The notes: generated by a model from the letters alone, not told the origin. Counted from the stretch's first letter, positions 19,421-29,872 are shown. The stretch: 64,000 bases of DNA from Patescibacteria group bacterium (GCA_038064195.1 JBBTTO010000002.1:269356-333355), one strand, 5' to 3'. Numbers and translations are program-made.

Positions 19421-19801
19421 TTAGACGTGTTTGCTGGTAAAAAGAAGTTCAAGGGTAAGAAAAAGTCCCAGGAGTAAGACTAAAAAAAGCGGGTGAGTGA
19501 GATGAAAAAGTCGAAAGAGAAAAAAACTTGTCACGAAAATCGCGATCAGGACACCGTGTTTTCTGCTTTTTAAGAGAAAGGATGGAGTTGAGAAAGCAAA
19601 AATGACAAGCGGTATAAAAAAAAGCCAAATGAACGGAATAGCCACAAATCCAAGCGATATAGTTGCTGTAGGCTTGAGAAAGACAACAATACCGATAAGA
19701 CTCAGCAAGGAGAGGGTACTCAGGATAAGATATAAAGGATTCCTTTTTTTGCGTCGCATTGTATCAAGCATAGAGATTTTTCCCCATTCTGACAACTCCA
19801 C
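19421..19801 (-). CDS. Hypothetical membrane protein
   Basis: 126 aa with 3 TM helices, downstream of metG. Confidence 0.4.
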   Translation of the reverse strand: MELSEWGKISMLDTMRRKKRNPLYLILSTLSLLSLIGIVVFLKPTATISLGFVAIPFIWLFFIPLVIFAFSTPSFLLKSRKHGVLIAIFVTSFFLFRLFHLTHPLFLVLLLGLFLTLELLFTSKHV

Positions 19802-19873
19802 CAGGATTTAGATTAAGCCCCGGGGTTGACTCCTTCGGTAGGCTCAAGGTCAATACTGAGTTAAATCGAAGTA

Positions 19874-19902
19874 TTGACAAAAAATAGCACTCTTGCTATC
19901 AT
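19874..19902 (+). promoter_or_regulatory. sigma70-like promoter of hrcA operon (TTGACA-17-TATCAT)
   Basis: TTGACA at 19874-19879, a 17-nt spacer, TATCAT at 19897-19902. It overlaps the CIRCE-like element. Confidence 0.5.
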
Positions 19903-19910
19903 ACTGCTAA
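19884..19910 (+). promoter_or_regulatory. CIRCE-like HrcA operator (imperfect)
   Basis: aTAGCACTC-N9-tACTGCTAA, compared with the consensus TTAGCACTC-N9-GAGTGCTAA. The left half matches 8/9 and the right half is imperfect. It lies immediately upstream of hrcA. Confidence 0.55.
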
Positions 19911-19927
19911 CTCTTTTCGGAGACGAT

Positions 19928-20662
19928 ATGCATAATCTCACACAGAGACAAATAGAGATCCTTAAAGCAATTATCGAAGAGTATATCGAGACTGCCGATC
20001 CTGTCGGTTCTGAAACGCTTGAGAAAAAATACAATTTAAGCGCGTCTCCCGCGACTATTCGTAATGAGATGGTACACCTTTCAGAGTCAGGATATCTAAA
20101 AAAGCCACATTCTTCAGCAGGGCGCATTCCTACGCCCCAAGGCATGAAATTCTATGTGACGCAGCTGATGAAGGAGAAAGAACTCTCAACCGTTGAGGAA
20201 GTTGCTCTTAAAGAAAAGGTTTGGGATTATCGTGAGAAGATGCAGCGCTTCCTTAAAGAAGCTACCCGTTCTTTAGCAAATAAAACAGGCGCCTTAGCAG
20301 TGGCTACGACAAATGAAGGAGAGATCTTTATTTCAGGCTATTCAAATATCCTTGAAATGCCCGAATTCTATGACATTGATATTACTAAGACACTCCTTGC
20401 GGCAGTTGATGAGGATGACTACCTTTTTGATCTTTGTCGTCGTATGGCAACTGAGGGTGAGGAAATTCATGTCGTTATGGGGGATGATCTCGGAGCACGA
20501 TTGCAAGGCCCATACAGCTTTGTCTATACTCATTATGAAACACCAATGCACGGAGCAGGTGAGATAGGCGTCATCGGTCCTGTCCGTCTGAATTACACAC
20601 TCGTTGTGCCGACAGTCCGTTATTTCGGCGGACTGATTGAGTCGGTAGCGAAGGGCTGGTAA
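19928..20662 (+). CDS. hrcA: Heat-inducible transcription repressor HrcA
   Basis: N-terminal winged helix (LTQRQIEILKAIIEEYIETADPVGSETL) and the HrcA C-terminal domain. The start was set at the ATG after the CIRCE-like element. Confidence 0.85.
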   Translation: MHNLTQRQIEILKAIIEEYIETADPVGSETLEKKYNLSASPATIRNEMVHLSESGYLKKPHSSAGRIPTPQGMKFYVTQLMKEKELSTVEEVALKEKVWDYREKMQRFLKEATRSLANKTGALAVATTNEGEIFISGYSNILEMPEFYDIDITKTLLAAVDEDDYLFDLCRRMATEGEEIHVVMGDDLGARLQGPYSFVYTHYETPMHGAGEIGVIGPVRLNYTLVVPTVRYFGGLIESVAKGW

Positions 20663-20698
20663 GCATAGTTTAGAATTAAGAATTCAGAGTTAAGAATT

Positions 20699-21199
20699 AT
20701 GGATAAGAAAAAGAAACAACAGGAAGAAGAAAGTTTGGATGTTTCAGAAGAGACAAAAGGGACAGAAGAAGTAGAGAATGATCGCTCGGAACTTGAACAA
20801 AAGTTGGAGGAATCTGAGAATAAGTATAAGAGAGCGTTAGCGGATTATCAGAACCTTGAAAAAAGAATGAAGGATGGACGCATTGAGCTCGTGACATCAG
20901 CCAACAGAGATTTGTTATTGAGATTTTTGCCGATATTAGATACATTAGTATTGGCGCAGCAGCATGCTGAGAATCCGGCATTTAAAGTAGTGATAACCCA
21001 GTTTGAGGAGACATTAAAATCAGAAGGTGCTGTAAAGATTAAGGCAATAGGAGAACAGTTTGACCCTAACTTTATGGAGGTAGTTACAACAGGAGAAGGT
21101 AGAGAAGGAATTGTTATACAAGAAGTACGCCCGGGCTACTTGCTGCATGACAGATTGCTTCGACCGGCACAGGTAATTGTGGGGAAGAAAGATAAGTAA
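20699..21199 (+). CDS. grpE: Nucleotide exchange factor GrpE
   Basis: Acidic N-terminus, coiled-coil (..YKRALADYQNLEKR..) and a GrpE C-terminal beta domain. Confidence 0.85.
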   Translation: MDKKKKQQEEESLDVSEETKGTEEVENDRSELEQKLEESENKYKRALADYQNLEKRMKDGRIELVTSANRDLLLRFLPILDTLVLAQQHAENPAFKVVITQFEETLKSEGAVKIKAIGEQFDPNFMEVVTTGEGREGIVIQEVRPGYLLHDRLLRPAQVIVGKKDK

Positions 21200-21305
21200 A
21201 TTCGAAATAAGAATTTCGAAGCTCGAAACAAATTTAAAATAATTAAATACAAAATAGTTTCGGATTTCGATATTAGATTTTCGAGTTTCTTTTGAAAAAA
21301 GTATT

Positions 21306-23195
21306 ATGGCTAAAATAATCGGTATTGATTTAGGTACAACTAACTCAGCAATGGCTGTTATGGAGGGTGGATCACCCAAAGTCATCCATTCGGCAGAAGG
21401 GCGTAATGTCGTCCCCTCAGTTGTCGATCCAAAGACTCACGTCGTAGGGGATGTCGCCAAGCGCCAGCTTGTCTTAAAGCCAAAAGAGACTGTCTTTTCA
21501 GTCAAGCGTCTTATGGGGAAGAAATTCCACGATGAGTCGGTGCAGCGTGACATGAAGTGGCTCCCATACACGGTTAAAGCAGGCAGAGACGACATGGCAG
21601 TAGTTGAGGTCAACGGGAAGACCTATACTCCTCAGGAGATTTCAGCCATGATCCTGCAAAAGATCAAGGCTGATGCAGAAGCATACTTGGGTGATAAGGT
21701 GACGGAAGCAGTGATCACGGTACCTGCTTATTTTGATGACAGTCAAAGGCAAGCGACCAAGCAGGCAGGAGAGATTGCCGGACTGGATGTTAAGCGTATT
21801 ATTAATGAGCCGACAGCTGCTGCTCTTGCTTACGGGCTTGACAAGAAAAATGCCCATATTATTGCTGTTTATGACTTGGGTGGAGGGACATTTGATGTCT
21901 CAATTTTGGAACTCGGAGAGGGAGTTTACGAGGTCAAATCAACAAACGGAGATACTCATTTGGGCGGAGACGACTTTGATCAGGTCATCATTGATTATTT
22001 AGCAGACGAATTTAATAAAGAGAATAATGTCGATCTGCGAAAAGATCCGCAGGCTCTTCAGCGTCTGAAAGAATCAGCTGAGAAGGCAAAAATCGAGCTT
22101 TCAAGCTCACAAGATGCACAAATTAACCAGCCGTTTATTACTCAAGGAGCTAACGGTCCCTTACACCTTACCCTGACACTCACCCGGGCGAAGCTTGAAC
22201 AGCTCGTTGATTCCCTTGTCCAAAAGACCCTCAAGCCGGTTGAAAAAGCACTCAAAGATGCGAATATGACAGCAAAAGACATCGATGAGATAGTTCTTGT
22301 CGGCGGTATGACACGCATGCCGAAAATCGTTGAAACAGTCTCCAAGTTTTTCGGGAAAGAGCCAAATAAATCAGTTAATCCGGATGAGGTAGTAGCAATC
22401 GGCGCAGCAGTACAGGGTGGTGTACTTTCAGGTGATGTAAAGGATGTCTTACTTCTTGATGTAACTCCTCTGACATTGGGTATTGAGACTATGGGTAGTG
22501 TGTCAACACCACTTATTACACGCAATACGACAATTCCTTCATCCAAGTCACAGGTTTTCTCAACTGCGGCTGACAACCAAACACAAGTAGAGATCAATAT
22601 CCTTCAAGGTGAACGTCCGATGGCAGCAGATAATAAGTCTCTGGGTCGCTTTATCCTGGACGGTATCCCGCCTGCACCGAGAGGCATGCCGCAAATTGAG
22701 GTAACTTTTGATATTGATGCGAGCGGAATTCTCAATGTCACTGCTAAGGACAAGGCAAGCGGGAAAGAACAGAGTATCAAAATTCAAGGGTCGACAGGAC
22801 TTTCAAAAGAGGAAGTTGAGAGAATGACTAAGGAGGCAGAACTTCATGCGGCAGAAGACGAAGAGAAAAAAGCAGCAGTTGAAGTACGAAATCAGGCTGA
22901 CTCACTCATTTTTACGGCTGAGAAATCCCTCAAAGACGCAGGGGATAAGGTCGGAGAAGATGTCAAAAAGGAAGTGGAAGAGAAAATAAAAGCTGTTAAA
23001 GATATTTTGGACTCAGGCAGTAAAGAAGATATTGAAGCAAAGACGAAAGATCTTTCGGATTCACTTATGAAAATCGGTGAAGCTATGAATAAGCAGGAAG
23101 AGACCGCGTCAGACGCGGCTGGCGCAAAAGGGACAGAAGGGGCAAAAGATTCAGACGAACCTGTTGAAGGAGAAGTAGTCGATGACGGAAAGTAG
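21306..23195 (+). CDS. dnaK: Chaperone DnaK (Hsp70)
   Basis: [10 protein letters not shown] start and full Hsp70 NBD/SBD signatures. The C-terminal tail carries the [13 protein letters not shown] element. Confidence 0.95.
   Translation: MAKIIGIDLGTTNSAMAVMEGGSPKVIHSAEGRNVVPSVVDPKTHVVGDVAKRQLVLKPKETVFSVKRLMGKKFHDESVQRDMKWLPYTVKAGRDDMAVVEVNGKTYTPQEISAMILQKIKADAEAYLGDKVTEAVITVPAYFDDSQRQATKQAGEIAGLDVKRIINEPTAAALAYGLDKKNAHIIAVYDLGGGTFDVSILELGEGVYEVKSTNGDTHLGGDDFDQVIIDYLADEFNKENNVDLRKDPQALQRLKESAEKAKIELSSSQDAQINQPFITQGANGPLHLTLTLTRAKLEQLVDSLVQKTLKPVEKALKDANMTAKDIDEIVLVGGMTRMPKIVETVSKFFGKEPNKSVNPDEVVAIGAAVQGGVLSGDVKDVLLLDVTPLTLGIETMGSVSTPLITRNTTIPSSKSQVFSTAADNQTQVEINILQGERPMAADNKSLGRFILDGIPPAPRGMPQIEVTFDIDASGILNVTAKDKASGKEQSIKIQGSTGLSKEEVERMTKEAELHAAEDEEKKAAVEVRNQADSLIFTAEKSLKDAGDKVGEDVKKEVEEKIKAVKDILDSGSKEDIEAKTKDLSDSLMKIGEAMNKQEETASDAAGAKGTEGAKDSDEPVEGEVVDDGK
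23103..23141 (+). repeat. 39-nt element shared with clpC-like 3' end (copy 1, inside dnaK tail)
   Basis: ACCGCGTCAGACGCGGCTGGCGCAAAAGGGACAGAAGGG, with the internal palindrome CCGCGT-cag-ACGCGG. It encodes [13 protein letters not shown]. Confidence 0.7.
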
Positions 23196-23553
23196 TCTTG
23201 ATCAAAGCGAATATGATCGTAAGTTTGACGAATTAGATAAAACTGGCCAATTTGCTGCTGAGCAAATCAGAGCAAAATTAGGTGATCGTCCGAAGTCAAC
23301 TCCATTTGCTGTTGAGCCGACCTCAGAGGATACCCCCACTCCTATTATTGAAAAGCCTGCGATAGATCCTTTCAAAGATTATACGAGCGAGCAATTAGCT
23401 GCGGCTCATGAGGCTCTTGCAAGTGGGGAGATAGATAATTTTAATGGCCTCAATCAAGCTGATATTGCGCGTGAGGTCGATAGGCGGTATGAGAAAGAGC
23501 TTAAATCCAGCAGTACTCAAGCACAAGCTGACAGGGATGACGTTGTCCGCTAG
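23182..23553 (+). CDS. Hypothetical acidic protein inserted between dnaK and dnaJ
   Basis: 123 aa. The ATG overlaps the dnaK stop by 14 nt (possible coupling). No recognisable domain. Confidence 0.4.
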   Translation: MTESSLDQSEYDRKFDELDKTGQFAAEQIRAKLGDRPKSTPFAVEPTSEDTPTPIIEKPAIDPFKDYTSEQLAAAHEALASGEIDNFNGLNQADIAREVDRRYEKELKSSSTQAQADRDDVVR

Positions 23554-23575
23554 GTTAATTAGAAGTGATTTTAGT

Positions 23576-23600
23576 ACCTCGAGCTACTCGAGGTTTTTTT
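23576..23600 (+). terminator. Rho-independent terminator-like hairpin
   Basis: acCTCGAGctaCTCGAGGt followed by a T7 run. Confidence 0.55.
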
Positions 23601-23657
23601 AGCAACCAGCCTTCGCCTACACGTATCTAAATGGTATAATGATGAACTAAACTAATT

Positions 23658-24545
23658 ATGGCAGCTACAAATCAAGATTATTATTCCCTCTTAGGTATCA
23701 CCAAGTCAGCAACTGCGGATGAGATAAAAAAGGCGTATCGCAAGTTAGCACTTCAATATCATCCTGACCGTAACAAGACCACGGAAGGCGAGACAAAATT
23801 CAAAGAAATTACCAAGGCCTACGAAGTTCTCTCAGATCCGCAGAAGAAGCAGACATACGATCAGTTCGGTGCGGCTGCTTTTGAGCAAGGTGGAGCAGGG
23901 GCGGGTGGACCTTTCGGAGGACAAGGGAATCCTTTTGGTGGTTTTGGTGGCGGACAGTATACATATACAACCAATGGTCAGGGGTTTGACTTCGGAGGTT
24001 TTTCTGATCCTTTTGAGATCTTTGAGCAGTTTTTTGGAGGGGCATCGCCTTTCGGGCAGAGGGCAAGGCGTCCCGTCTACTCTTTAAGCCTGACATTTAT
24101 GGAAGCAGTAAAAGGAACTGAAAAAGAAATAACAATTGATAACAAAAAACAAAAAATAAAAATTCCCGCAGGTGTGGATAGCGGGACGAGGATGCGTTTT
24201 GATACGTATGATGTTCTCTTCGATGTTGCAACAGATAAGAATTTCCAGCGTGAAGGATCAGATGTCATCACGAGTGAGGAGATATCTTTCCCGCAAGCTG
24301 CTTTAGGCATGCAACTTGAGGTAAAGACTGTCGAAGGTCAGGTAACTGTCAAAATCCCCCCCGGTACCCAACCTGATACACTGATTCGTCTGCGGGGAAA
24401 GGGAATACAGAGATTGCGCAGTAGCAGTAAGGGTGATCACTATGTGCGTATTAGGGTCACGATTCCTAAGACGTTAAGCAAACGTCAGAAGGAACTTCTC
24501 ACAGAATTCGATCAGGATACCTCACAGAAAAAAAACTGGTTTTAG
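23658..24545 (+). CDS. dnaJ: J-domain co-chaperone (DnaJ/CbpA type II, no Zn-finger)
   Basis: J domain ([13 protein letters not shown]), a G/F-rich region and C-terminal CTD I/II. No CxxCxGxG repeats. Confidence 0.8.
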   Translation: MAATNQDYYSLLGITKSATADEIKKAYRKLALQYHPDRNKTTEGETKFKEITKAYEVLSDPQKKQTYDQFGAAAFEQGGAGAGGPFGGQGNPFGGFGGGQYTYTTNGQGFDFGGFSDPFEIFEQFFGGASPFGQRARRPVYSLSLTFMEAVKGTEKEITIDNKKQKIKIPAGVDSGTRMRFDTYDVLFDVATDKNFQREGSDVITSEEISFPQAALGMQLEVKTVEGQVTVKIPPGTQPDTLIRLRGKGIQRLRSSSKGDHYVRIRVTIPKTLSKRQKELLTEFDQDTSQKKNWF

Positions 24546-24607
24546 TAATTTTTCTGCTACTTTCTAATTGTATTTTTATTCTATTCTCCCTATACTTTTA
24601 TTAATAA

Positions 24608-24624
24608 GCACCGCTTAGCGGTGT
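24608..24624 (+). terminator. Short GC hairpin downstream of dnaJ / in leader of pilin-like gene
   Basis: gCACCGCttaGCGGTGt with a 6-bp stem, then tatttgtgtt. It lies 10 nt before the ATG at 24634. Confidence 0.35.
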
Positions 24625-24633
24625 ATTTGTGTT

Positions 24634-25047
24634 ATGAAAAATGTGCCTGCCCGCATATCCGGTTTTCGGAAAATAATCCAAGCAACTCTTCTTCTCGGGT
24701 TTGTGATTTTGTCTGTAGCTTCTCCCTATCAAGTTCAAGCTGACGCTCCTTCACCTTGTCCGCCGGATCAGGCCATAACAGAGGTTGGCTGTCTACCTAA
24801 AGACCCGATTCAATTCGTAAGCAGTTTTTATACAATCGGGCTGGGGCTTATCGGTGGTGTAGCGTTAATTTTTATAATCATCGGCGGCTATACGATTTTG
24901 ACCTCTCGTGGGAGCCCGACTCAAATTAATATCGGCAGAAGCTATATATTTTATGCAATTTTAGGTCTCCTCCTGGCAATTTTCGGTTATATCTTTATTG
25001 AGGTCTTTGCTATAGACATCTTGCATTTACCAGGCTTTAGTAATTAG
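24634..25047 (+). CDS. VirB2/TrbC-like two-helix pilin-type membrane protein (candidate)
   Basis: 137 aa. It has a long signal peptide ending ..VQA, then a Cys pair (CPPDQAITEVGC) and two hydrophobic helices separated by a short polar loop, which is the classical T4SS pilin architecture. The stop lies 2 nt before the next ATG. Confidence 0.45.
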   Translation: MKNVPARISGFRKIIQATLLLGFVILSVASPYQVQADAPSPCPPDQAITEVGCLPKDPIQFVSSFYTIGLGLIGGVALIFIIIGGYTILTSRGSPTQINIGRSYIFYAILGLLLAIFGYIFIEVFAIDILHLPGFSN

Positions 25048-25048
25048 T

Positions 25049-28000
25049 ATGAAAAAATTTATAGCTGGTTTAGTCTTCCTGGCAATTGTATGTTTGGCAG
25101 CGAGTTCTTCACCTATTGTTTTTGCGGCTGATCCAATTACTACAGGAGTAACCGGATTAGGCGTGGGAGCTGCCGCGACACTACCGGCCGACGGGTCGTG
25201 GATTACAGACCCTGAGGTAACTAAGGTTGGTAAGAACGCCGCCCGGGCAGGTATGTTACTCGATTGGACATTGCGGGACTATCAATGGTCTTTTGTTAAA
25301 AATGGAGATACCAATCCCTTAATTCCTTTTTGGTTGACGATGCAGCGAATTGTCTATGCACTCTTCCTTTTTGTCGTGCTGGTCACAGCTTTTATTTTAA
25401 TTGTCACAAGAGGCAGGAGCCTGTCAGCCAGACGTTTTCTTCCCCGCTTTTTCATGGTCGTTCTTCTGGTCACGTTTTCATTTTCGCTGGTTCAATTTCT
25501 CTATCAGATTATTGATATCTTCCAAGGGTTCTTCCTTAAAAATCCTCAGGGGAATATTATCTCCTCACGTGATCTTCTCTATGTCGGATTTGACTATCAA
25601 TCTTTTCAGGGGTTACGCGTATTCGGGCAGTCTTTTGATGAGTCAGCTTTAATCTCACTCCTTCTGGTCAAACTTACGTCATTTACGTACTACGTCATGG
25701 TCATACTGCTTATTTTCAGAAAAATCATTTTGTGGTTTTTTATCATTATTTCACCCGTTTTCCCGCTGCTGCTTCTTTTTTATCCTCTGCGTAATACTGC
25801 CAAAATTTGGGTGGGGGAATTCTTCCGTTGGCTGCTCTACGCTCCGCTTTTTGCAATTTTCCTGTCAGGACTTGTTAAGTTGTGGCAGACCAGCCTGCCT
25901 CTTCTTTTTAACTTTAGTAAGGTAAGTGATCCGAGTACTGTTGTTTATCCGACCGCTGTTAACATCCTGCTGGGTGGTCCGCAGCAGCATATTTCTCAGG
26001 TAAATTCGGTTAATCTCCCCGACACATTCGCGTTGTATGTAGTGGCACTCATTATGCTCTGGACAGTAATTATTTTGCCTTTTATTCTGCTGCAAATCTT
26101 TCTTGACTACTTTATGTCTGTAAATTATCGGGATAATCCACTCCTCAAACAAGTCTATACACTCATGAATAACAGGCCGCTTATTCCTCCGCCTCTTCCT
26201 CCGGGATCTCCCGCACCTGCCGGACAGGCCGGACTTGCGAGAACCTTACCGCTTGTAAGAAGGTTTGAAGGGCCTAGGACAACAGGTCTTATGCAGTCCA
26301 TTCCGACGAGTACAAGTATCTCACAGCAGCAACAAATTACTCGTCCGGTGACAACAACGATCAGTAACCAGACGCAAGTATCCCGTTTGACAAATCTATC
26401 TATCCCGACCATGCGGGATATTGCACGCTTTGAGAAAGAAAAATTAAGCAACCGATTGGCATCCCAACAGGAAATAGAGCGTGTTAAATCGACGTTACTC
26501 CAGATTGCTAATCCCCTGAGGACTTCGACTTCAAAAGAGCGTGAGCGATATCAAAGTGTGCGTGAGCGTCTTGTGATTGAGGGGCAAAAAGGCAATCAGA
26601 CAGCCACCAACATACTCAATGCGGCAACTACTTATAATACCTATCATTCAGTCTTTAAGCCAAGTCAGAGCAGTCAGTCAAGTCAACAGTTCATTCAAAA
26701 CCTGGCAAATCCCGAGAAAATCGTTGACAAGACAGAAAAAGAGAAGATTGTCCACATTCGTGAGCAGATACAGTCTGCAGCAACTACCGGCAATGAGCTG
26801 GCAAAAGTAGTACTCAATGCCATTACTCAGACCACGACGACCAGAGTTACAAGCCTGCAGGAGACTCTCAAGGAGCTTTCCCATCCTGAGAAAGTCGTTG
26901 ATGAAAAGCAAAGAGAACAATACACTTCACTTCGCGAGAAAATCAGTCAGGCCAGCACAGCAGGTAACCCGCTCGCACAGCTGGTAGTATCCTCACTTGA
27001 GAAATCAACCTCACCCGTTGAGGTAAAAATGATTCAAACAAAACTCCTTGAAGCACAGGCAGAGGGCAACCCCTTAGCAACAGAGATTCTGACAACAGTA
27101 ACGAGTAAAGAATCAACAAGTCAGGAGCAACTTAAAGAAGTTCAGACCAAATTAGAAGAAGCAAATAGAAAAGGAGATCCGTTAGCAGCTGTTTTGCTAC
27201 CTCTTCTCACCTCACAGAGCGTAAAGCAACAAGAAGCTCCTGTCTCGGCGGCTGCCAAACTCAAGACGGGTGCGTTCCCGGTCGTGAATCGTGTTCAGCA
27301 GGTCTCACTTGACGATTATGAAGCAGTAAAAAAGATGTGGAAAGAGAATTATCAGAATCTGGAAGTCCCCCAAGACATAACTGGACAAAAAACCCGTAAA
27401 CAATGGATCACCTCAGATATTGCAGATATAGAGCAGACAATCAGCCTGCTAACCTCATCAAATCCAACTGAGGTTGAAGAAGGCATGAAACAGGTCTCAG
27501 ATATTTTGCCCTTTCTGTTGATCGGAGGCTTTTCGCAAACCGAGATTATTGCTTATCTTAAAGCGAAGATGGAGGCGGGTAAGCAAGTTGCCGAAAGTAT
27601 CGGTTCCAGAGAGGAGGAAGAAGAGACTCTCCTCAATGCCGCACATGCTGCTAAAGCTGCCACATCACATATGACAACCAGTATGCAAGTAGACGAAGAA
27701 AGTTCGTCAAGCAGCTCAGTGTCTGAATCACCTACGATTACTAATAACTTTACGACTAATAATCATTATGCAACAACAGTTATACAGCCGGTGAGTTCCT
27801 CGACCGGTACGTCTCTTCTCCACTTAGCTCAGCTTCCGCTTATTACTATGCGGGATATTGTCCAATTTGAGACAACTCAGGGTTCGGCCAAAGAAACGAC
27901 TGAAGTAAAAAAGATTCAGGCGACACTCTCCGGGATATCAAATCCCGAGCAGCTGGCTTCAAAGGAGGAACGGGATCGTTTTGTCAAACTGCGACAAGAG

Positions 28001-29872
28001 ATCGTAGCGGAGAATCGCAAAGGTAATCCACTTGCCGAGATGATCCTGGCTGCATCACTCATGAGTGTCTCGGGTAAGAAGCCTAGTACACAACTGCTGC
28101 CCAAGGGTCGGGTCCCTGTTTTGCCTAAGCAGAACAGGCTTCAACAAGTCTCCCTTGAGGATTATGAAGTGGTCAAGAAAATGTGGGAAGACAATTACAG
28201 TTTACAATCTTCCCAAGCGGGCAAGACAAAGGAAGAATGGCTGAAGGATGATCTCAGATCGATAAGTGAGACTATTAATCTGCTTTCTTCAGAGAATGAG
28301 CAGGATATCTCCCTGGGGATGGAGAAAGTCGGTGAGATACTGCCTTTCCTGTTACTCGGAGGTTTTTCCAAGCAAGAGATTGTAGGCTATCTTAAAGCTA
28401 AAATGGAGGCCGGTAAAACAGTTTTGTCCCGTGTCGAGTCAGCAACTGAAGATAATGATCTCCAACAGGTTGTGACAGGCAAACAGGTTAAGACGGTCAA
28501 TGCTGAGGCAGTCGAGCTACCTACGCCTGAATCTGAGGACGCTACTTTTGAGACAAAAGATCTTTCTCAAGACAGGGGGAGTCTGCCTGCGCAAGTGAGA
28601 CTGCCGCTTCCTTCTCTTAAAGATATAGCCGTCCTTGAAACCCACCAAGCCTCAGGATCTCAATCACTGAATGAGTTACTCCAGACACTTAGCAATATCG
28701 TTTCTCCCGAGCGGATCAAAGATAAAGAGGAGAAGGAGAGGACTACTTTATTGCGGGAGTCTCTGGTCAAGCAAGCAAATAGTGGTGATGTGATTGCACA
28801 AACTATATTAAATGCAGCACGAGGGACGGGAAGCAGTGTCAAGCAGTCATCACGAGACGATGTCAGTCAATTTTTGCTTACTCTTCGTAGCGTTTTTGAT
28901 CCATCGCTGGTTGAAAATGTGACTACCCGTCAGGACTATACCACAACGCGGGATATGCTGGCCAAAGCAAGGCAAGCAGGTTCAGACATTGCAGTTACTC
29001 TTATGCGCCTGGTCGATACTGTTTCACATGAAGAAAATGAAGCAATTATGAATATGCTTCATTTGGTAGGCAATCCCGCACAAATCGTTGACGAGAAAGA
29101 AAGAGCAAGGTACACAGAATTTCGGGGAACACTTGAAAAAGAAGCATCCCGTAGTACATTGGCTGCGATGATACTGCAAGCGACAACAGGTGATATCTCA
29201 CCTGTGAGCGCGAATAAAATACGCGTCCAGCTTCTTGAAGCAAGTATGAAACAGGAGCCTCTTGCTACGAGTATTACTAATAATTTTATTACTCTCCCCC
29301 AGTCAACCATACTTGAAGCAAGAAGTACGTATAAAGAGGTGACTAAAAAAGGAAGCAAAGATCCGCTCGTCACAGCTCTTATCCGACTTCTCAATAAACA
29401 ACCGGTAAGTAGCAAAAATAGACGCACGCTTCAATTCCCCCAACAAAACAGAACACAAAAAACGTCAGTTGATGATTATGAAGCTATAAAAAAGCTGTGG
29501 TATGAAATGTACGTTCATGGTCAGGTACCAAAAGATAGTAGTGGGGAAGAACAGACACGGGAGGAGTGGGTCGCACTGGACAAGAAAGACGTTGAGGAAG
29601 TGATTAATTTATTGTCTTCTGATAACCTTGGTAACCAACAACTAGGCATGGAGCGGGTCGGGGACATCCTGCCTTTCCTTTTGATCGGAGGCTTTTCTCA
29701 AGCTGAGGTTATTGATTACTTGAAAGCCAAAAGGGAAGCAGCGGTGATCGCTCTCCAGACATTGACTGCCAGTCAACCCGAACTGGTTGATAGGCCTTCT
29801 GAAAAAAAAGGACCGGTATTGCAAAGCGCTCAGATACAACAATCTGATACGGTCTCAGACAAAGATGAATAA
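25049..29872 (+). CDS. Giant VirB6/TrbL-like polytopic membrane protein with 1250-aa nested-repeat C-terminal domain
   Basis: 1607 aa. A signal peptide is followed by 5-6 TM helices in the first ~350 aa. A hydrophilic region follows with three super-repeats, each containing ~40-aa NPExIVDxxE[KR]E..LRE..G[ND]PLA..IL modules and a ~95-aa [ST]V[SD]L[DE]DYE..KKMW...ILPFLLIGGFS..YLKAK domain. Confidence 0.5.
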   Translation: MKKFIAGLVFLAIVCLAASSSPIVFAADPITTGVTGLGVGAAATLPADGSWITDPEVTKVGKNAARAGMLLDWTLRDYQWSFVKNGDTNPLIPFWLTMQRIVYALFLFVVLVTAFILIVTRGRSLSARRFLPRFFMVVLLVTFSFSLVQFLYQIIDIFQGFFLKNPQGNIISSRDLLYVGFDYQSFQGLRVFGQSFDESALISLLLVKLTSFTYYVMVILLIFRKIILWFFIIISPVFPLLLLFYPLRNTAKIWVGEFFRWLLYAPLFAIFLSGLVKLWQTSLPLLFNFSKVSDPSTVVYPTAVNILLGGPQQHISQVNSVNLPDTFALYVVALIMLWTVIILPFILLQIFLDYFMSVNYRDNPLLKQVYTLMNNRPLIPPPLPPGSPAPAGQAGLARTLPLVRRFEGPRTTGLMQSIPTSTSISQQQQITRPVTTTISNQTQVSRLTNLSIPTMRDIARFEKEKLSNRLASQQEIERVKSTLLQIANPLRTSTSKERERYQSVRERLVIEGQKGNQTATNILNAATTYNTYHSVFKPSQSSQSSQQFIQNLANPEKIVDKTEKEKIVHIREQIQSAATTGNELAKVVLNAITQTTTTRVTSLQETLKELSHPEKVVDEKQREQYTSLREKISQASTAGNPLAQLVVSSLEKSTSPVEVKMIQTKLLEAQAEGNPLATEILTTVTSKESTSQEQLKEVQTKLEEANRKGDPLAAVLLPLLTSQSVKQQEAPVSAAAKLKTGAFPVVNRVQQVSLDDYEAVKKMWKENYQNLEVPQDITGQKTRKQWITSDIADIEQTISLLTSSNPTEVEEGMKQVSDILPFLLIGGFSQTEIIAYLKAKMEAGKQVAESIGSREEEEETLLNAAHAAKAATSHMTTSMQVDEESSSSSSVSESPTITNNFTTNNHYATTVIQPVSSSTGTSLLHLAQLPLITMRDIVQFETTQGSAKETTEVKKIQATLSGISNPEQLASKEERDRFVKLRQEIVAENRKGNPLAEMILAASLMSVSGKKPSTQLLPKGRVPVLPKQNRLQQVSLEDYEVVKKMWEDNYSLQSSQAGKTKEEWLKDDLRSISETINLLSSENEQDISLGMEKVGEILPFLLLGGFSKQEIVGYLKAKMEAGKTVLSRVESATEDNDLQQVVTGKQVKTVNAEAVELPTPESEDATFETKDLSQDRGSLPAQVRLPLPSLKDIAVLETHQASGSQSLNELLQTLSNIVSPERIKDKEEKERTTLLRESLVKQANSGDVIAQTILNAARGTGSSVKQSSRDDVSQFLLTLRSVFDPSLVENVTTRQDYTTTRDMLAKARQAGSDIAVTLMRLVDTVSHEENEAIMNMLHLVGNPAQIVDEKERARYTEFRGTLEKEASRSTLAAMILQATTGDISPVSANKIRVQLLEASMKQEPLATSITNNFITLPQSTILEARSTYKEVTKKGSKDPLVTALIRLLNKQPVSSKNRRTLQFPQQNRTQKTSVDDYEAIKKLWYEMYVHGQVPKDSSGEEQTREEWVALDKKDVEEVINLLSSDNLGNQQLGMERVGDILPFLLIGGFSQAEVIDYLKAKREAAVIALQTLTASQPELVDRPSEKKGPVLQSAQIQQSDTVSDKDE
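26390..29760 (+). repeat. In-frame coding super-repeats (3 units of ~1.2, 0.6 and 1.16 kb) within giant protein gene
   Basis: Repeated ~95-aa domains lie at ~27300-27590, 28148-28425 and 29465-29745. Nucleotide blocks are conserved (e.g. gattatgaagc/tggt..aaaatgtgg; ctgcctttcctgtt..tcggaggcttttc). The ~40-aa helical modules recur 8 or more times. Confidence 0.7.

Noticed and set aside
21200-21305. Short palindromes (TTTCGAagcTCGAAA and others) in the grpE-dnaK spacer
   Set aside because: This is an AT-rich spacer with weak hairpins typical of intra-operon stability elements. Nothing distinctive.
22142-22597. 151-aa ORF antisense within dnaK (and similar antisense or alternate-frame ORFs inside rpoB, the giant protein gene, pnp, ftsK and others, e.g. 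60042-60389, 26155-26451, 48396-48923)
   Set aside because: They are fully embedded in strongly supported conserved genes on the other strand or frame, and their composition looks like a frame artefact, so they were treated as spurious.
26390-29760. Possibility that the periodic repeats are a CRISPR array or a non-coding tandem repeat
   Set aside because: The repeats are ~120-1200 nt, diverged and in a continuous open reading frame with protein-level periodicity. There is no short direct repeat / spacer structure.
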